Assembly (NCBI GenBank): GCA_951406725.2
Contig: OX597817.1
Coordinates: 88,722,001 to 88,786,000, forward strand
Length of the DNA: 64,000 bases
Origin: Octopus vulgaris
Taxonomy: Eukaryota
Direction: 5' to 3'
The first letter of the stretch is position 1. Each line of letters begins with the position of its first letter. Under the pieces are notes generated by a model. It saw only the letters and a list, made by a program, of their open reading frames with translations. It ran no database searches and was not told where the DNA came from. This document shows, in pieces, positions 63,546 through 64,000 of this stretch. Position numbers and translations under genes: made by a program.

Positions 63546-63580
63546 GTATGACGTTTCGAGCGGAGCTCTTCGTCGGAAAC
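63546..63580 (-). ncRNA. Minimal hammerhead variant (U4 is C) in a Penelope pLTR-like repeat (about 63450-63720)
   Basis: Minus strand: GTTT CCGACGA a GAGC tcc GCTC GAAA CG TC ATAC. ACGT palindromic stem III and GUC triplet; abuts (TA)n. Confidence 0.55.
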
Positions 63581-64000
63581 ATAGGAGAAAGAAAGATCCC
63601 GAGGTGGGAGGACAGAGGGGAAAAAATGCAAGTGGTCTTCACGAGGCCACATACTGAAAAGGTGGAAGTGGTAAAAAAGAAGGAGCATGTTTTCAAAAAC
63701 AGGAGAGCAGAATCAAAGAAGGAATGGTAAACAAAGGTGTGCGAGATGACAAGGGTGTGTGTGTGTGTGTGTGTGTGCGTGTGTGCGTGTGTGTGTATGT
63801 GTGTATATGGTGGGCAATGGCTAGTGGCAAGCAGCAGTTAGCGAGTCAGGAAGGCAGGTCAGAAACAGAGAGGAATGTGTGTGTGCGTGTATATGTCTCG
63901 TGTGTGTGTTTTGTTGTAGTATGTGTGTGTGTACGTGTGCGTTATTTTGTGTGTATGGCGAGTAACTGTGCTTAACTAAGTGTATGTGTGGGTGTGTGTG

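Overview
AT-rich, microsatellite-dense eukaryotic DNA. The SINE repertoire suggests an octopus-like cephalopod (inference). The only host gene I can support is the 5' part of an hnRNP Q/R (SYNCRIP-like) gene on the minus strand: a probable non-coding exon 1 ending at 34849, coding exon 25605-25425 and coding exon 12289-12063. The RRM exons are not visible and should lie left of the window. The rest is mobile DNA: tRNA-derived SINEs, piggyBac derivatives and MITEs, Tc1/mariner and Tigger relics, RTE and R4/Dong-like LINEs, two solo LTRs, Helentron-like (HINE/DINE-1-type) elements and a Penelope-like GIY-YIG relic. The main unexplained signal is a set of type I hammerhead ribozyme motifs from at least four unrelated non-coding repeats, all at 42-64 kb, outside the gene. 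They include a 479-bp terminally redundant retrozyme-like unit and a tRNA-headed, hammerhead-bearing element arranged as a head-to-head inverted dimer. Most copies carry substitutions, and no activity is shown. Most listed ORFs are microsatellite or repeat artefacts. All family assignments come from motif recognition by eye, not database searches.
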